A stretch of DNA of 64,000 nucleotides. It comes from Lama guanicoe (taxonomy: Eukaryota). Both the position numbers and the translations under genes were made by a program. Of this stretch, positions 25,801 through 38,235 are shown piece by piece. The notes beneath the pieces are model-generated. The model had not been told where the DNA came from, did not search any database, and saw nothing but the letters and a program-made list of their open reading frames with translations. Location: assembly GCA_013239625.1 (NCBI GenBank), contig MU053652.1, positions 6,005,902 through 6,069,901 of the forward strand. Reading direction: 5' to 3'. Position 1 is the first letter of the stretch. The number at the start of each line of letters is the position of its first letter.

Positions 25801-28800
25801 ATTTGTATTTGGGGGGGGGAATAGATATATATATATAATATATATATTATACACACACACACTTTGTGAACTAAGGACTGAAATCCAGGGCCACCTCGGA
25901 GTGTCATTTTCCTTTCCTAGTTATTTTTGGCTTGCAAAACTCAATCACATATACCTTCTCCTTTAACAGGAGTGCTACCCCAGGGAGGTTCCCATGACCA
26001 TTTGTAACAGCTTAATTTTCCATTCCACAGATTTCGGGAATAAAAGAATTATTTTCCAAAAAAATCGTTATTGGAATTCCTGGTCCTTTTTCTTTACTTA
26101 AATGTATTCCTCTCCTCCCGTTCACTGGATGACTCCATCATCCATGACTCCCCTTTTACAGAGAACCACGGTATTGTACGATGGCTGATCTAGAAGGCAG
26201 CCTTCATACAAAGATGTGGAGTAACCCAGAGTCATGGTACTCACCTTGACCCAGGTTTGAAGCATCGAACAGACTGTGGACAGAGCTAACAGGTGACATG
26301 TATGCTTCAGACGAATCAACCCTGAGCTTCCTGGGTGAGATGATGCTGACTGACTTTCCGATTCTCTTCTCTGCTCGTCCAGTCCTGCTCATTGGTTCCA
26401 GCCACTGGTTCCTTGTCCTTTACAATTGATTTTACTTCCTCCCTCATGTCGAAGGCCAGCCCATTCTCTTTATATTCTCTCTGGGCCCTGGTGAGGAGTG
26501 CCTTTTCCTTTCTGGAATCCGTTCACCACGTTTAACTTCCGTTGGGAATGGCCTTCTAGAAGTGACTCGGTGAGCCGTAACGCAGCCTCGGGATCTTGAC
26601 CTGCCTTCAGACGCTGTGGTCCCAGCCACGTTAGACCATCAACCCAATTGCTTCCTGCCTGCTTCTCTTCATTCCCCCCACCTCCTCCTTTTGAACTCCT
26701 GCGCCTCTTAAAAGCACTCGTTCCATTAAACTCTTTATCAGCACAGAGAGTTCTAGCCTCTAGGTCATCAGCTTCGGGCTATTGTTTCTTCTTTAAAAAA
26801 CAAGTATAATCATTAGCATCTCTTTACTTCATTTCAGTTCATTGTTTCCCGCCTGGGAGAGAACAGACCTACCAGGAGGATCAGGGCGGAGCTTCCCCCC
26901 CCCCCAACCCGCCTCGGCCTTCCTTCCTGAACTGGCTCTGCCACCCCGCGTGGGGCTTCTGCGGGTTCTTCCCATAGCGCCCCACTGTGGGCTGGACGGC
27001 CGGTTCACGCATTAGATGGCTACATTCAAGGATTCCGACGCATTCCCAGCTCAGCCATACTGCGTTACGTGTCCACATGCGTATCAATTTTATTGAATTT
27101 ATGATATTTTCACTATCAGGCTAAGCGAACATTTCCCCCCCTACCACTAGTGGTCCTCTGGTCTGCGGAGCTCAGGAATGCTGAAATTCACAGATGCTAA
27201 GGGTGATTGAAGCCTGGAACTATTATCCATGCTCTCTGATATAAATTTTTATGTTCTTAAAAACATTAATTGCCCCAATAATCAGTAAATGTTAGGAATT
27301 TATACTTAAAATTCTACTAATACAATGCAGTTATCTTGTTTATAAGGAATTGTATGGAACATTATTTTGAAAAAAAAAAGGTTTATTGCTAAGAAATTAT
27401 TTCCATGCCACTGGTCTAGTTAATGTCAAGCAAGCATTTTAGGTTTTTTTTTTTAATTTTCCAAAAGATTATTTTTGTGTGTATAGACTCAGCCTGATTC
27501 AATCCATATGGTTCCGTATTAACTACTCGATATCTCATTTTCCTTACCTAAAAAAAAAAAAATGAAGATAGTACCTCATGGATCTGTCTTGAAGAGTAAA
27601 TATTGTAGCACTCTGTGAATAAAAATTGCTGTGCGAACATCTCTAAATCATATCCATTGAGCTGTGTGCATAAGCGCTTTTCATTTGGGTTCCTTGCTAA
27701 TGCATTAATCTGTTGGCAAAGGTTAGACCTTGCCACCAATGTCAGATGTGGATGAATTTTTTTCCTTAAGTACACATTGCCTTCAAAGGCAACGCTAACA
27801 GATGAGAAACAGCCCTTTTTTATTTTTATTTATTTTTAACAGGAAACACAGTTTGTCTGTGAAAACAAGCATGTCTCAAAACCAAAGATCTCACCCCTCC
27901 CCCAGTCCCAGCAGCTACCTGGGACCCCTTCTCAAGGCTGCTGTTATGCCTGGTGGGCTCTGCCTCCAAGGTGGTGCCATGACATGACATACCAATGGGG
28001 ATGCCAACAGATGCCCCAGGAGATCAAGGCTGGCCTCTGTGCCCATGCTTCACATTCCTCACTGTTGTGAGCACCAGAAGAGAACGAGCTTTGGGGCCTA
28101 GTCCCTCAGGGACTCCCTCTGATTATCATGGCCATCATTAGCCTTCTATCACTCTCCAAATCCTCAAAACGTTAACATGTAATGCCCCTTGGTGTTATTT
28201 TATGGTTATTATTTCTAGTTTATATTTTGTAATCCCAACCTCCCTCCCCAAAAGAAAACCAACACTAGGAGTTCAGTGGACAGTCCCTTGACTTTGACAA
28301 CTGGCAAACTAGGATACCTTTTAGTATCGATGTTACAATGCCATGGAGAAATGGCTGAACACAATATTTATTTTCTGCAGTAGAAGAGAGTACCAAGGTT
28401 AGCCCATTTTCTAAGAACTTCTTTAAATATAGTTAGCTTGGAAGGTGATTTTAATGTTATGTTACTCTCTGGTGCCATGCTTCGGAAACATATTTAGCTT
28501 GGGATTCAGTTAAACTCTATGTGGATGGTTCTGATAAATCCTATTGTGACTGAGCAAAAGAAAGTGTCATCTTTAAATTTGGACCAGTTAGTTAGTTTCT
28601 GTTATCTGAGCATTTTGGATACTATTTGACAAATTAAAACAATACCACAATTCAAATGCCTAATATAAATTTGCAATAATGTATATATTTGCAGAAAATG
28701 TTGTATCATGTGATCATTTATAGTTAGTGTATCAGTCAGGGATAACTCTGGCTCAAGATGAGTAACCAGTAACTGAGACCAAGAAGGCTGAGCTGTTTAA

Positions 28801-31065
28801 AATCTTCCATTTTATTTCATTGGATTATGGGACGCAGCTGGGATCTATTCTCATAGGATAGATGGGTAGTGAATTTAGCGGTACAGAACTCAGCCAGATG
28901 TTCTAATAGACTGAACTCCAAATATAATAATGTTGAATAAATGAGTGAATGAACATTAAGAGCAGAGGATATTCTAATTGTCTTTATGAGAATATGAAAG
29001 TTAGGAAAAGCACATTTAGCAGAATCAATATTTTGCTGGAAAAATACAATCTACGTTTCACCCCCTCTTTTTCATGTCTCCCTTCCTTGTCCTTTTCTGC
29101 CCTCATTTTCTCAGTTCTGTTTCTCCAGATCACTTCTGTGTTTGCCAGAGCCAGTCCCTCCCTCCTGTCAATGATAATTAGCATCCATTCCCTGTGGCTC
29201 TTTCTGGATTTTTTTTTTTAACCGAAGAGTCATTTTTTTTCTTTAACATTTCCTACTGATTTAATTTTCACTCCTGTTTTAAATTCCTCATTAACTTTGA
29301 TTAAGCTTTCCCAGGGCTTAAATACCTGGAAAACTTTTGGAAACTTAATCATTTGATTTGCCTTCTCAGCTTTCCTAGTTTTGCCTAGTTTTAAGGCTGT
29401 TAAACCTAAAATTGGTGCCTAGGAGATGGTGTGATCACAGAGGGGAAATGAAATGATGGCATTGTTAGTGAAAGTTTAATGATGAATTTCACTGGAAAAA
29501 ATCTCACACTTCAGTGTTCTTTGTGTGTCATGCTGATAAGCAGCTAATAATTTTAAATGCCTTCATTTTAGATTTAATTTATTGAAAACACTTATAGTTT
29601 TCAAGTCCACATAAATACTGGTTACAAGTTCACCCAGTCTAGAAGAAAATTAACCTTACATTGTCCTTTGTAAATTTTGTAGCTTTCCTCAGCAAGTCTC
29701 TTTGATTTTAATTCTGTAGACCATTAATTATTTTCTTAAACCTACCGTAATTATTCTGATTAAGAATGTGGAGTCTGGAGGTTGATCTTAAGCACAAAGT
29801 ATTCCCTTTTTTTTTTTTTTTTTAATTCTAGAATCTGAAGCCAAGAAAGATTAAATTTACAGAACTGGATAATAGCAAAGCCAGATCAGAACCCAGGGAT
29901 TTGGCTGTTTTGGCAGGGAGGGGTGGAGTGCTCTGCCTAAACACTGCTCACCAGGGACATTCACTATAACCATATACCATATTGTCATGCCGGTTCGTCT
30001 GAAAATCACCCTTGTCAACTCAAGTCTAGATGCATAGGAAGGATTGGAATACACATATATGTACCTGCTTAGGGCTCTGGTTATTTTTAGAAATGATTAT
30101 AGAGAGAGTTCATTTTAATTGAAATGGATGGTATTTTCCCTTGACTTTGGAGGAAGTTGTAACCTTCTCATGATCCTGCTATGTGAACTCTAGGACTGTG
30201 CCTTGTGTCCTTTAAATCGAGCACTTGTTGACAGTCTGTGTTGTAAGATCTACTGGGGATCATCAAAGGATATAGTTTGCATCATCTGAGATAGTCGTAG
30301 GTCCAATTATTTGCCCTTTGTTCCCACAATGGATATTACCAAGATAAGCGCTGTTCCCGCTGCTGAGGAAGATAAACAGAAATATAGGCTGCTCTTTGAT
30401 TAGAAAGCAAACAACCCTACTGAACTTAGCTATATTAAAATAAATACCAAGAGTATTCATGGTATTCTAGTTACAGATTTTTATTTGACTTTGTGTTTAT
30501 TTGAGGTTTCCATATGCAACATAATCCTTTTTTATTGTAAGCCATAGAGGCAGCTGAAGAGCGAACTGCTTTGATATGAATAGGTAGGTTCTGCCATAAG
30601 ATATCTGCTTTTAGGAACTGTGATTCTTGTCCGTATAATCAATGTAATTGTCTCCTTATTTCTGTTAAAGGAATTACCTTGTTTAATATAATTTGAGATG
30701 AAACTAGTTATTCGATGCCATTGGAAAATAGTTTTATCCTCTTTTTGAGATTTTGGTCAGATAAGTGATTTGAATGCCTTTCACCTTCATTGAATAACTT
30801 ATTTTGGTCAGGCTCACACCTTCACCTCCTGTACAGACCCCTGTCATGGGGGGATTATAAAAGGTGACAGTAGAGATGAATGTAATAAAACCACACTGAC
30901 ATCACTTGTGTCCCTCGACTTTTTAAACCTTGTGATCCTTATGCATTTTGGAGAATCCTCCCTACAATGCACAAGTCTCTGTTCCTCAGGGCGTCCTTAT
31001 TATCCCTCAGGGTCCCCACTGCATTGCAGGTGAGGTCAGCGTTCCTCTGACTCATTACTAGCCAG

Positions 31066-31127
31066 GATGCACGTGTCACTAAGGAGATGCATGTGTCCCT
31101 AAGGAGATGCATGCATCACTAAGGAGA
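31066..31127. repeat. 20-bp minisatellite, 3 copies
   Basis: gatgcacgtgtcactaagga / gatgcatgtgtccctaagga / gatgcatgcatcactaagga. Confidence 0.9.
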
Positions 31128-31844
31128 ACTGTTCTTCAAAGCTAAAGTGATTCCCAACCTTGGGAAGAGGAGATATATAGGATTGATCTTAAACCTATAA
31201 AATAAAGAATGTAATCCCTCCTGAGTGGCTCTTCCTCCTTCATCTCCATCATCACATCTAGATATTCACCCTTGGGATCCACGTTTTTATACAGAGATGA
31301 GGATATTATGACATATTTGAATATGAAATGCACCAAGCTAACGTGGCTTCTAAAAGCCTGAGGCTGTCTTCCCACAACCATTTTGTAAGTAATTTGCAAA
31401 TGAAGGCCTCAAATTATATTGTCACTGTGGGGATAACCCAAGAATAACAGATAACAACAATAACCACTTTAGTAACTATGGTGGGAATTCAGCGTTTCCC
31501 TGTATCTTCCTTTGAAGGATTGCACATCTTAATAACCAGGCTAGAAACATTACAATCATTGTTAATTTTAAAGTACTGTTTAAACCACAGTGATTTTTTC
31601 TGTTTTGGATATTATTTGTATCTTTGATATAATGGAGTTTCAGAATACCTAACCTGTTGTAATCAAACAAACAAATCCATCCCAGATCCAGAAGCATAAT
31701 TGCATGTAGTCATCTGAGAAAATGGCCAGATTAGGCTTTTGATTTGGGGTCTTCAGCTATTGAATCTGTTCTGTCAGACAGTCCCATCATTTCTGCCTTT
31801 CTATTTATTTTTTAAATTAAAACAAAATTGGAAGCCTTTTATTT

Positions 31845-31943
31845 TTCTTTCTTTATTTTTTTTAATGGAGATACTGGGGGTTGAACCTAGGACTCCGTGA
31901 ATGCTAACTGTGCACTCTACGACTGAGCTATTTCCCTCCCCCA
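31845..31943 (-). mobile_element. Camelid-type tRNA-derived SINE
   Basis: T-rich tail followed by ggagatactgggggttgaacctaggac...gcactctacgactgagctat. Flanks ccttttattt / ccttctattt resemble a TSD. Confidence 0.85.
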
Positions 31944-32039
31944 CCCTTCTATTTAAAGCTGTGACATGAACCACATAAAGGAAGCACCGCAGAATGCAGA
32001 GCAGTCGAGGGTGGTACCACCTGAAATGATGGATTCAGA

Positions 32040-33030
32040 CATTGGACAGATATTTTGGGACAGCAACTGGGTGCCAGGCAGCTACCCTAGGCATGAAGCA
32101 TTAGAAAGAAGCAAAGTCGAGCTCTTATTGTCCTTATGAAAACCAGATAAACAGGGAATATAAATAATGAAAAATCACATCAAGAATAGGATATTTCCAA
32201 GTATGATAAGTGATATGGGAGAAGAGAAGAACACAAGAGTACAGTCAGAGCTCCTCACTGACATTTGCAGGGGAAGACAGTGTGTTTGAAGTTTGGCCTG
32301 AGGTCATGCTGTCTTAGCAGAGCCTTTCTGTCGGAGGAAGCAGCATGTTTAAAGAAACGATACAGAAAACCCTTTCTGTATCAAGCAGGTGTAGTGAGGT
32401 CAGAGACGCAGGCTCCTGGTGAAATAAATGGCAGACGGGGTAAATGATCCCACTTAAGAGGTAGCCAGAATCCAAATTACTCAGGGCTTTGGAAGTGCTG
32501 GCAAAGATTTTGAATTTTTTTCCCCAATGGGACACCGTTGAGAATTTTTCAGTAAGGGAATAACATGATTTTGGTTTTGAGAAATTGACTTTGCTATGAG
32601 AAGAATGAATTAGAAAACAGTGAAGCTGGAAAAGGATGAGGGATTTTAGAATCAGATTTTTTGGTTCACTTGTGTGATAATGGCGACTTGACTTAGGGTG
32701 GTAGCAAATGAATACCGACGTGAGTGGACAAATTCAAAGGATATTTTTGCAGGCAAAGCTGACCTCTTGGAAAATGTGGAAGGTGACAAAGAGAATATTC
32801 AGTGAGAGCTTCCAGGTTCTTGATGTAAGCCACAGTGGATGGTCTCGCCAGATGCTAAGATGCAAGCCATTTGGGGTGGAGGAGAGAGAGATCAATAGTT
32901 CAGTTCTGCACATGTTGAATTTGAGATGGCTGTGAAGTATCTGAGGGAGAACATCAAGGGCATAGTCAAATATGTGAATCTGAAATTTGAAGAGAGGAAT
33001 GAGCTGAGTTAGAAATTTTACTATTTTATT
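32040..33030 (-). mobile_element. L2 element
   Basis: gggtgccaggcag...gagagcttccaggttcttgatgtaagc...agttcagttctgcacatgttgaatttgagatg. Confidence 0.7.
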
Positions 33031-33379
33031 CAAATTTTTAGTTGCAGCAATAAAAGCCGAATACAGCTAATTCACTCAAAAAAAATAATAAAGATTTATT
33101 AAAGGACATAGGTAAGTTTAAAGACTTTCCAGGAGTATCCATTGGGAGCAAGCCCTTTGCAAAGTCACCCCACAGAATTCATCTAAGAATGACAGCAATG
33201 CTTCCACCCGTGGGCAAAGTTGAAGTAGCTTACAGTACAGAGAGCACCAGCCCCGTGCACTGCATGCAGGGGAGCGAGCAGTGTTTCTCTTCCTCTAAAG
33301 AGTGTGGTTTCAGGAAATGCAAGATTAAAGAAGGATGAAGGAAGAATTAACATTAATAATATTAGCAATGATAGAAATT

Positions 33380-33610
33380 AACAAGTGTGGAATACTTGCT
33401 AGTTGCCAGGTATAAGGTCAAATACTTTACATGGGTTATATCATGTCATTCCCCCCATTCCCGCCCCCTGCCACACAACCCCAGAGAGAGAAATCATTGC
33501 TATCCCCATTTACAGATAAGGAAGTTTAAAAAAGATCGCAGGTCTGGTATGTAGCTGAACTGGGACTCCAACTTACATAAGACCCCAGAACTCATTTTCT
33601 TAAGCATGGT
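33380..33610 (-). mobile_element. MIR
   Basis: tatccccatttacagataaggaa...agctgaactgggactccaac. Confidence 0.65.
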
Positions 33611-33867
33611 GGGTATTAGCATACAACCGAGAAGCCATGGAAGATAAGAACTGGGAAGTGTCCCCCTGTTAGGCAACAAGGATGCAATCGGTAACCTTTG
33701 AAAGGGAAGTTTCAGTACTAAGGGAGGGAAAAAGCTAGAGGACTAGAGAGTAAAGGAAGATGGGGTAGTGAGTGGAGAAACCCTTTTGGGTAACTTGCAA
33801 AAACTTTGAGAAGTAGAAAGATGAGGTAGTAGCTAAAGAAAGATCAGATATCAAAGGGGGATACTGT

Positions 33868-33968
33868 ATCCTTCCTTCTTCCGTTCCTCCCTTCCTTCCC
33901 TTCTTCCTTCCCTCATTCCTCCCTTCCTTTCCCTTCCTCCTTCCTCCTCCTCATCATCTCTTCCTTCC
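33868..33968. repeat. (CCTT)n-like polypyrimidine tract
   Basis: Read directly. Confidence 0.85.
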
Positions 33969-36570
33969 CAAGTCAAAAGGTGAACTAATAAATATGTGGA
34001 GCCTTCTTAATGGAGGAGAGGTTAAGGAAGCAGTAAAGGATGTGATGATCCACGAAGGCAGGTTCCCTAGCATGTGGAGGAGGTCATGACCAGAGTGAGT
34101 AGAGTGAGTTTGACTTTTAACGGAACAGATACTTCCCCTATATTAGCTAGAGAAACAGAGATGGAGGGGTGGGTAAGAGATCTTGAAAATTCAGTTGTAG
34201 ACTAAAACCAGGGGCTACACTTTAAGACTTTTTTTTTTCCAGTGAAGTATGGGATAAGATCATCAAGCTGAGGCAAGTGGAAGTTGCGGACAGTTGGAGA
34301 CTTAGTAGAGGGGAGAAGACAGGTAATAATCTGCCGAGTTCAAATAAGAGACAGCCAGCTGGCAGAGAAATGGAGTGAGGTTTCCAGGCAGTGTTAATGA
34401 TCATGAAATAGAAGTCATACTAATAAGAAAAGTTGCATTATCCCTCTCAATCTGCAAAGACATTTTAAAGCTATTATGCTGGATAGAGGGTGGAGAATGG
34501 ATGGGGGACTGAATAAGGCTGTCAGAAGAGAGGTATCAGTTTTCTCACAGAGAATAATTATTTCCTTTGGGAAAACGGTTATGTTTTATGACATTGTCCG
34601 GGCTTGACTCTCTGGACCCAGGTCATGACTACCATTGTACGGAACACATGGTTCAGGCACTGCAATAGATGCTCCCAGTTGAATGGCAACAACAGAAACA
34701 TGCAGGTAATTCTAGTGGAATATACAAAATATGTCTCACTGGGGAGGGCTGGGTGAGCTTTCTTTCTGAATTTCTTCCCTCGTTTACTTTATGATCCATT
34801 TACCTGCATACACCCGTGAGCCAATCATCCAGGCTAGTTTCCTCAGCACTTTGAGAAATTCACTCACTTTGAACGTACAGAGGCATATTTTAAAGGCACA
34901 TTAGGTATTTGATACTCAGTATAATGTAAACATATGGTTAAATAAATAGTGCCAGTTAATACCCTCAGAGGAAGAATAAGAAAAATAAGTGAACGTTTCC
35001 ATTGGTTTTTTTTCCTTTCCCCAGGATAATTAAGCAAGACATTTTGCCTCGATTTAAGTGTTTAGCATCAGAAAAAGATCCCTATAAAATACCTGTGAAA
35101 CTGAAAATACTTGCAAAATCTGTTCACATTTGCGTTCACCAAGGATCATCATTGGTGCATAAGGCTTTCTTTAACAACCAGCTGTTTGTCTTGAGAACTG
35201 CATGTTAAACTGAAATAATTCACTGTGTTACCAATTTTTCTTTCTCCACTGTGGGAGTTAGAAGGCACTTGGATATTGGCTGTAACATATCATACTTGGA
35301 TAGTATACACAATGTTGCAGGATAAGGAAGATTCAGCAACAGTCTACTCCAAATGAAGTAGCAGCTATACACAAAAAACCAATAATTTCCATGAGATTTT
35401 GATTGAATAGGCTAATTTTCTAAAGGAGAAAGGCTACCCTCCTTTGCAGCGTGTCTTAGCTGCTTGGGGAGATATCATCTCTGTCCATGGGAAACACTGC
35501 CATATGGCCATGGCATCAGGCATTTTTAATCTTTGAAAATTAGATCTTAAAGTAGAAAAACCAAGGGATGATGTGAATTCTCACACTTTGCCTACATTCC
35601 TTCCCAAAACTGAATCAGATTATGTTGAAAAAAAGAACACTTATTGGTGAAGCATGAGGCTGCTATTAATATAATTGGAATGATTTATGATTAAAATTTT
35701 TTAATGCACAACATAAAATATATCTTAGTATTGAACTTTATTCTTAAAATATTATTATTTATTCTAAAAATAAAGTTCAATCTGATTTATTCTCAGTTAG
35801 CCCTTATGGAAAAGTTTTGGAATTATAACACTGTTCCAAGATACCACCTAATGTAAGATACACAATTGACTTAAGGCATATTTCTGGAAAAAAACAAAAT
35901 TACATTAAATGCATATCATGTTTTTGAACCAATCTCGCGTTCGATAAATTCATTTAAATGATTTCATTTGATTTGCTTCTTCTGTGTCATAACCAATATT
36001 TGAGTCTAAACCTTCATCATATTCATGGTCTACATATTCTACACGACCTTTGCCCTTTGGCAGCATAGTAACTAGCTGCTTTCCAAAACCCATGCATATG
36101 ATCATGACCTCTTTGCTTGCCTTAGGATTGATGGAATAATTTTTAAACATATCTAAGAATCCTGGGTTTGGTTTGCATTTCCTATTTGGTTGAATTCACA
36201 GTTTCAATTTTTCCATAACAGAAGTATGTATTGCTGGATATTAAACAGTCTGTCTTGAATATCGGCCAGAAGTTTTTGATACTTACTGAGTTTTAGTCTC
36301 TAATGAAAAACTCTATAGGTGTCTAGAATTTCTCTCAGTGTTTTAAATCCTTTGATATAGTCCAATATATTAGACAATTTCTATGGTCTTTATTCTTCTT
36401 TTGAATAACTGTACATATACACAGACAATTATATATACATATACACATATACATACAGCTTTATTTGCATGTGGGTATCTTCTTTCTTAGAAATTACAAA
36501 GCACTTGATTTGGAACTTCAAGTATGAGGGGGCATTGATTCCTTGCCTCAAACAATATTAAAAATAATGA

Positions 36571-37245
36571 CAGGTTGGTTCCATGTCTTGACTATTGCAA
36601 ATAGTGCTGCTATGAGCATTGTGGTATGTTTATCTTTTTGAATTAAGTTCCCTCTGGATATATGCCCAGGAGCGGGATTCCTGGGTCATATGGTAAGCCT
36701 ATTCCTAGTCTTTTGAGGACTCTCCATACTGTTTTCCATAAACTACTGCACCAAACTATATTCCCACCAGCAGTGTGGGAGGGTTCCCTTTTCTCCACAG
36801 CCTCTCCAGCATTTGTCATTTGTGGACTTTTGAATGATGGCCATTTTGACTGGTGTGAGGTGATACCTCACTGTAGTTTTGATTTGCATTTCTCTGATAA
36901 TTAGTGATACTGAGCATTTTTTCATGTGCTTATTGGCCATTTGTATGTCTTCATCAGAGAGTTGCTTGTGTAGGTCTTCTGCCCATTTTTGGATTGGGTT
37001 GTTTGTTTTTTATTATTAAGTTGTATGAGCTGTTTATATATTTTGGAGATTAAGCCCTTGTCAGTCTCATCTAAATGTCCATCAACATGTCCAACCTAAA
37101 TGTCCATCAACAGATAACTGAATAAAGAAGCTGTGGTATATTTATACAACGGAAGACTACTCAGCCATCAACAGAGTAAAATAATGCCATTTGCAGCAAC
37201 ATAGATGGACCTGGAGATTGTCATTCTAAGTGAAGCAGCCAGAAA
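36571..37245 (+). mobile_element. L1 ORF2 C-terminal fragment with inversion (36571-~37069 minus, ~37070-37245 plus)
   Basis: Minus [36 protein letters not shown] is the L1 ORF2 Cys-rich region. The plus segment continues aaatgtccatcaacaga...atggacctggag. Confidence 0.9.
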
Positions 37246-38235
37246 TTTAAAAAGAAATGGAAGTTCAATCATGTGTGGTGCTACCAGTGAGAACACCTTC
37301 ACTGTGATAACCATGGATGAGGATAAATAACTTCAGTACAAAGCCAAATTGTGCGAGTTTCTCCTAGTAGCAATTGTCAGACACATACTGATTTAAGAAA
37401 TGTTCTTTTGTGGGAAATGTGTGCCTTAGACAGCAACACAGTAGTAATAATTAAGAGCTACCACTTATCCAGTGCTTCCTATATGTGGCAGATAGTGTTA
37501 GTGCCTGCCCAGTGTCCACTCATCATGTCCATTTTAATACAGTCCAGTTTGCCTTTGACTTAGCAATGTGCTCACCTAACCTCCAGCTGGAGGTGGCCCT
37601 GTGACTGTTCTGGCCACTGAGGTACAGCTAGGAGTCAGAAGGTTAAAGTCTGGCGAAGATTTTTTTCCTTCATAGAAAAAGGAACAATTTTACCACAAGA
37701 GAAATATATCCCAGTTCCTTGACCAGGTCTTGGATTCTCTTGCCTTTGTGCCTCAGCTTCTGCCATATATTCTGTTCATTTCACCTCCCCAAACTCCACC
37801 TACCTTTCTGTCCTGGTTGCAGAATCTCAAGTTATGGTGGAGAAGGGCCTGGTGAACAAGCGACCATGGCTGGTTTTTTGTTTTTTTGTTTTTTTAACCA
37901 AATCAATCATCTTGCTAAACTTTATTTTTTTCTCATCAGCAAATAGAGATTAAAACCATCTACTTGAAAAGAGTGAGAGGATTAAATGGAATGATGTCTG
38001 AAAGCTGCCTCTCATGGCACCTGGCACCAAACAGCAGCTTCCCGAAGACGGAAGGGACCTTGCTCATTCTCCCCTGAGGTCTACCCAGTCCCATGCTAAT
38101 CCCATGTCTCTTACTAACTTGTATTTATTTTGTTTAATAGTATCTGTGTCTTTATTGTCAAATAACGATGCTTCTTGAAGCCACAGATCTTGCTTATAGT
38201 ATTTATGTTTTTATTAAACTAAGCATATATATTGT

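Noticed and set aside
31066..31127. Regularly spaced repeats suggesting a CRISPR-like array
   Set aside because: Head-to-tail 20-mers without unique spacers in mammalian DNA; a minisatellite.
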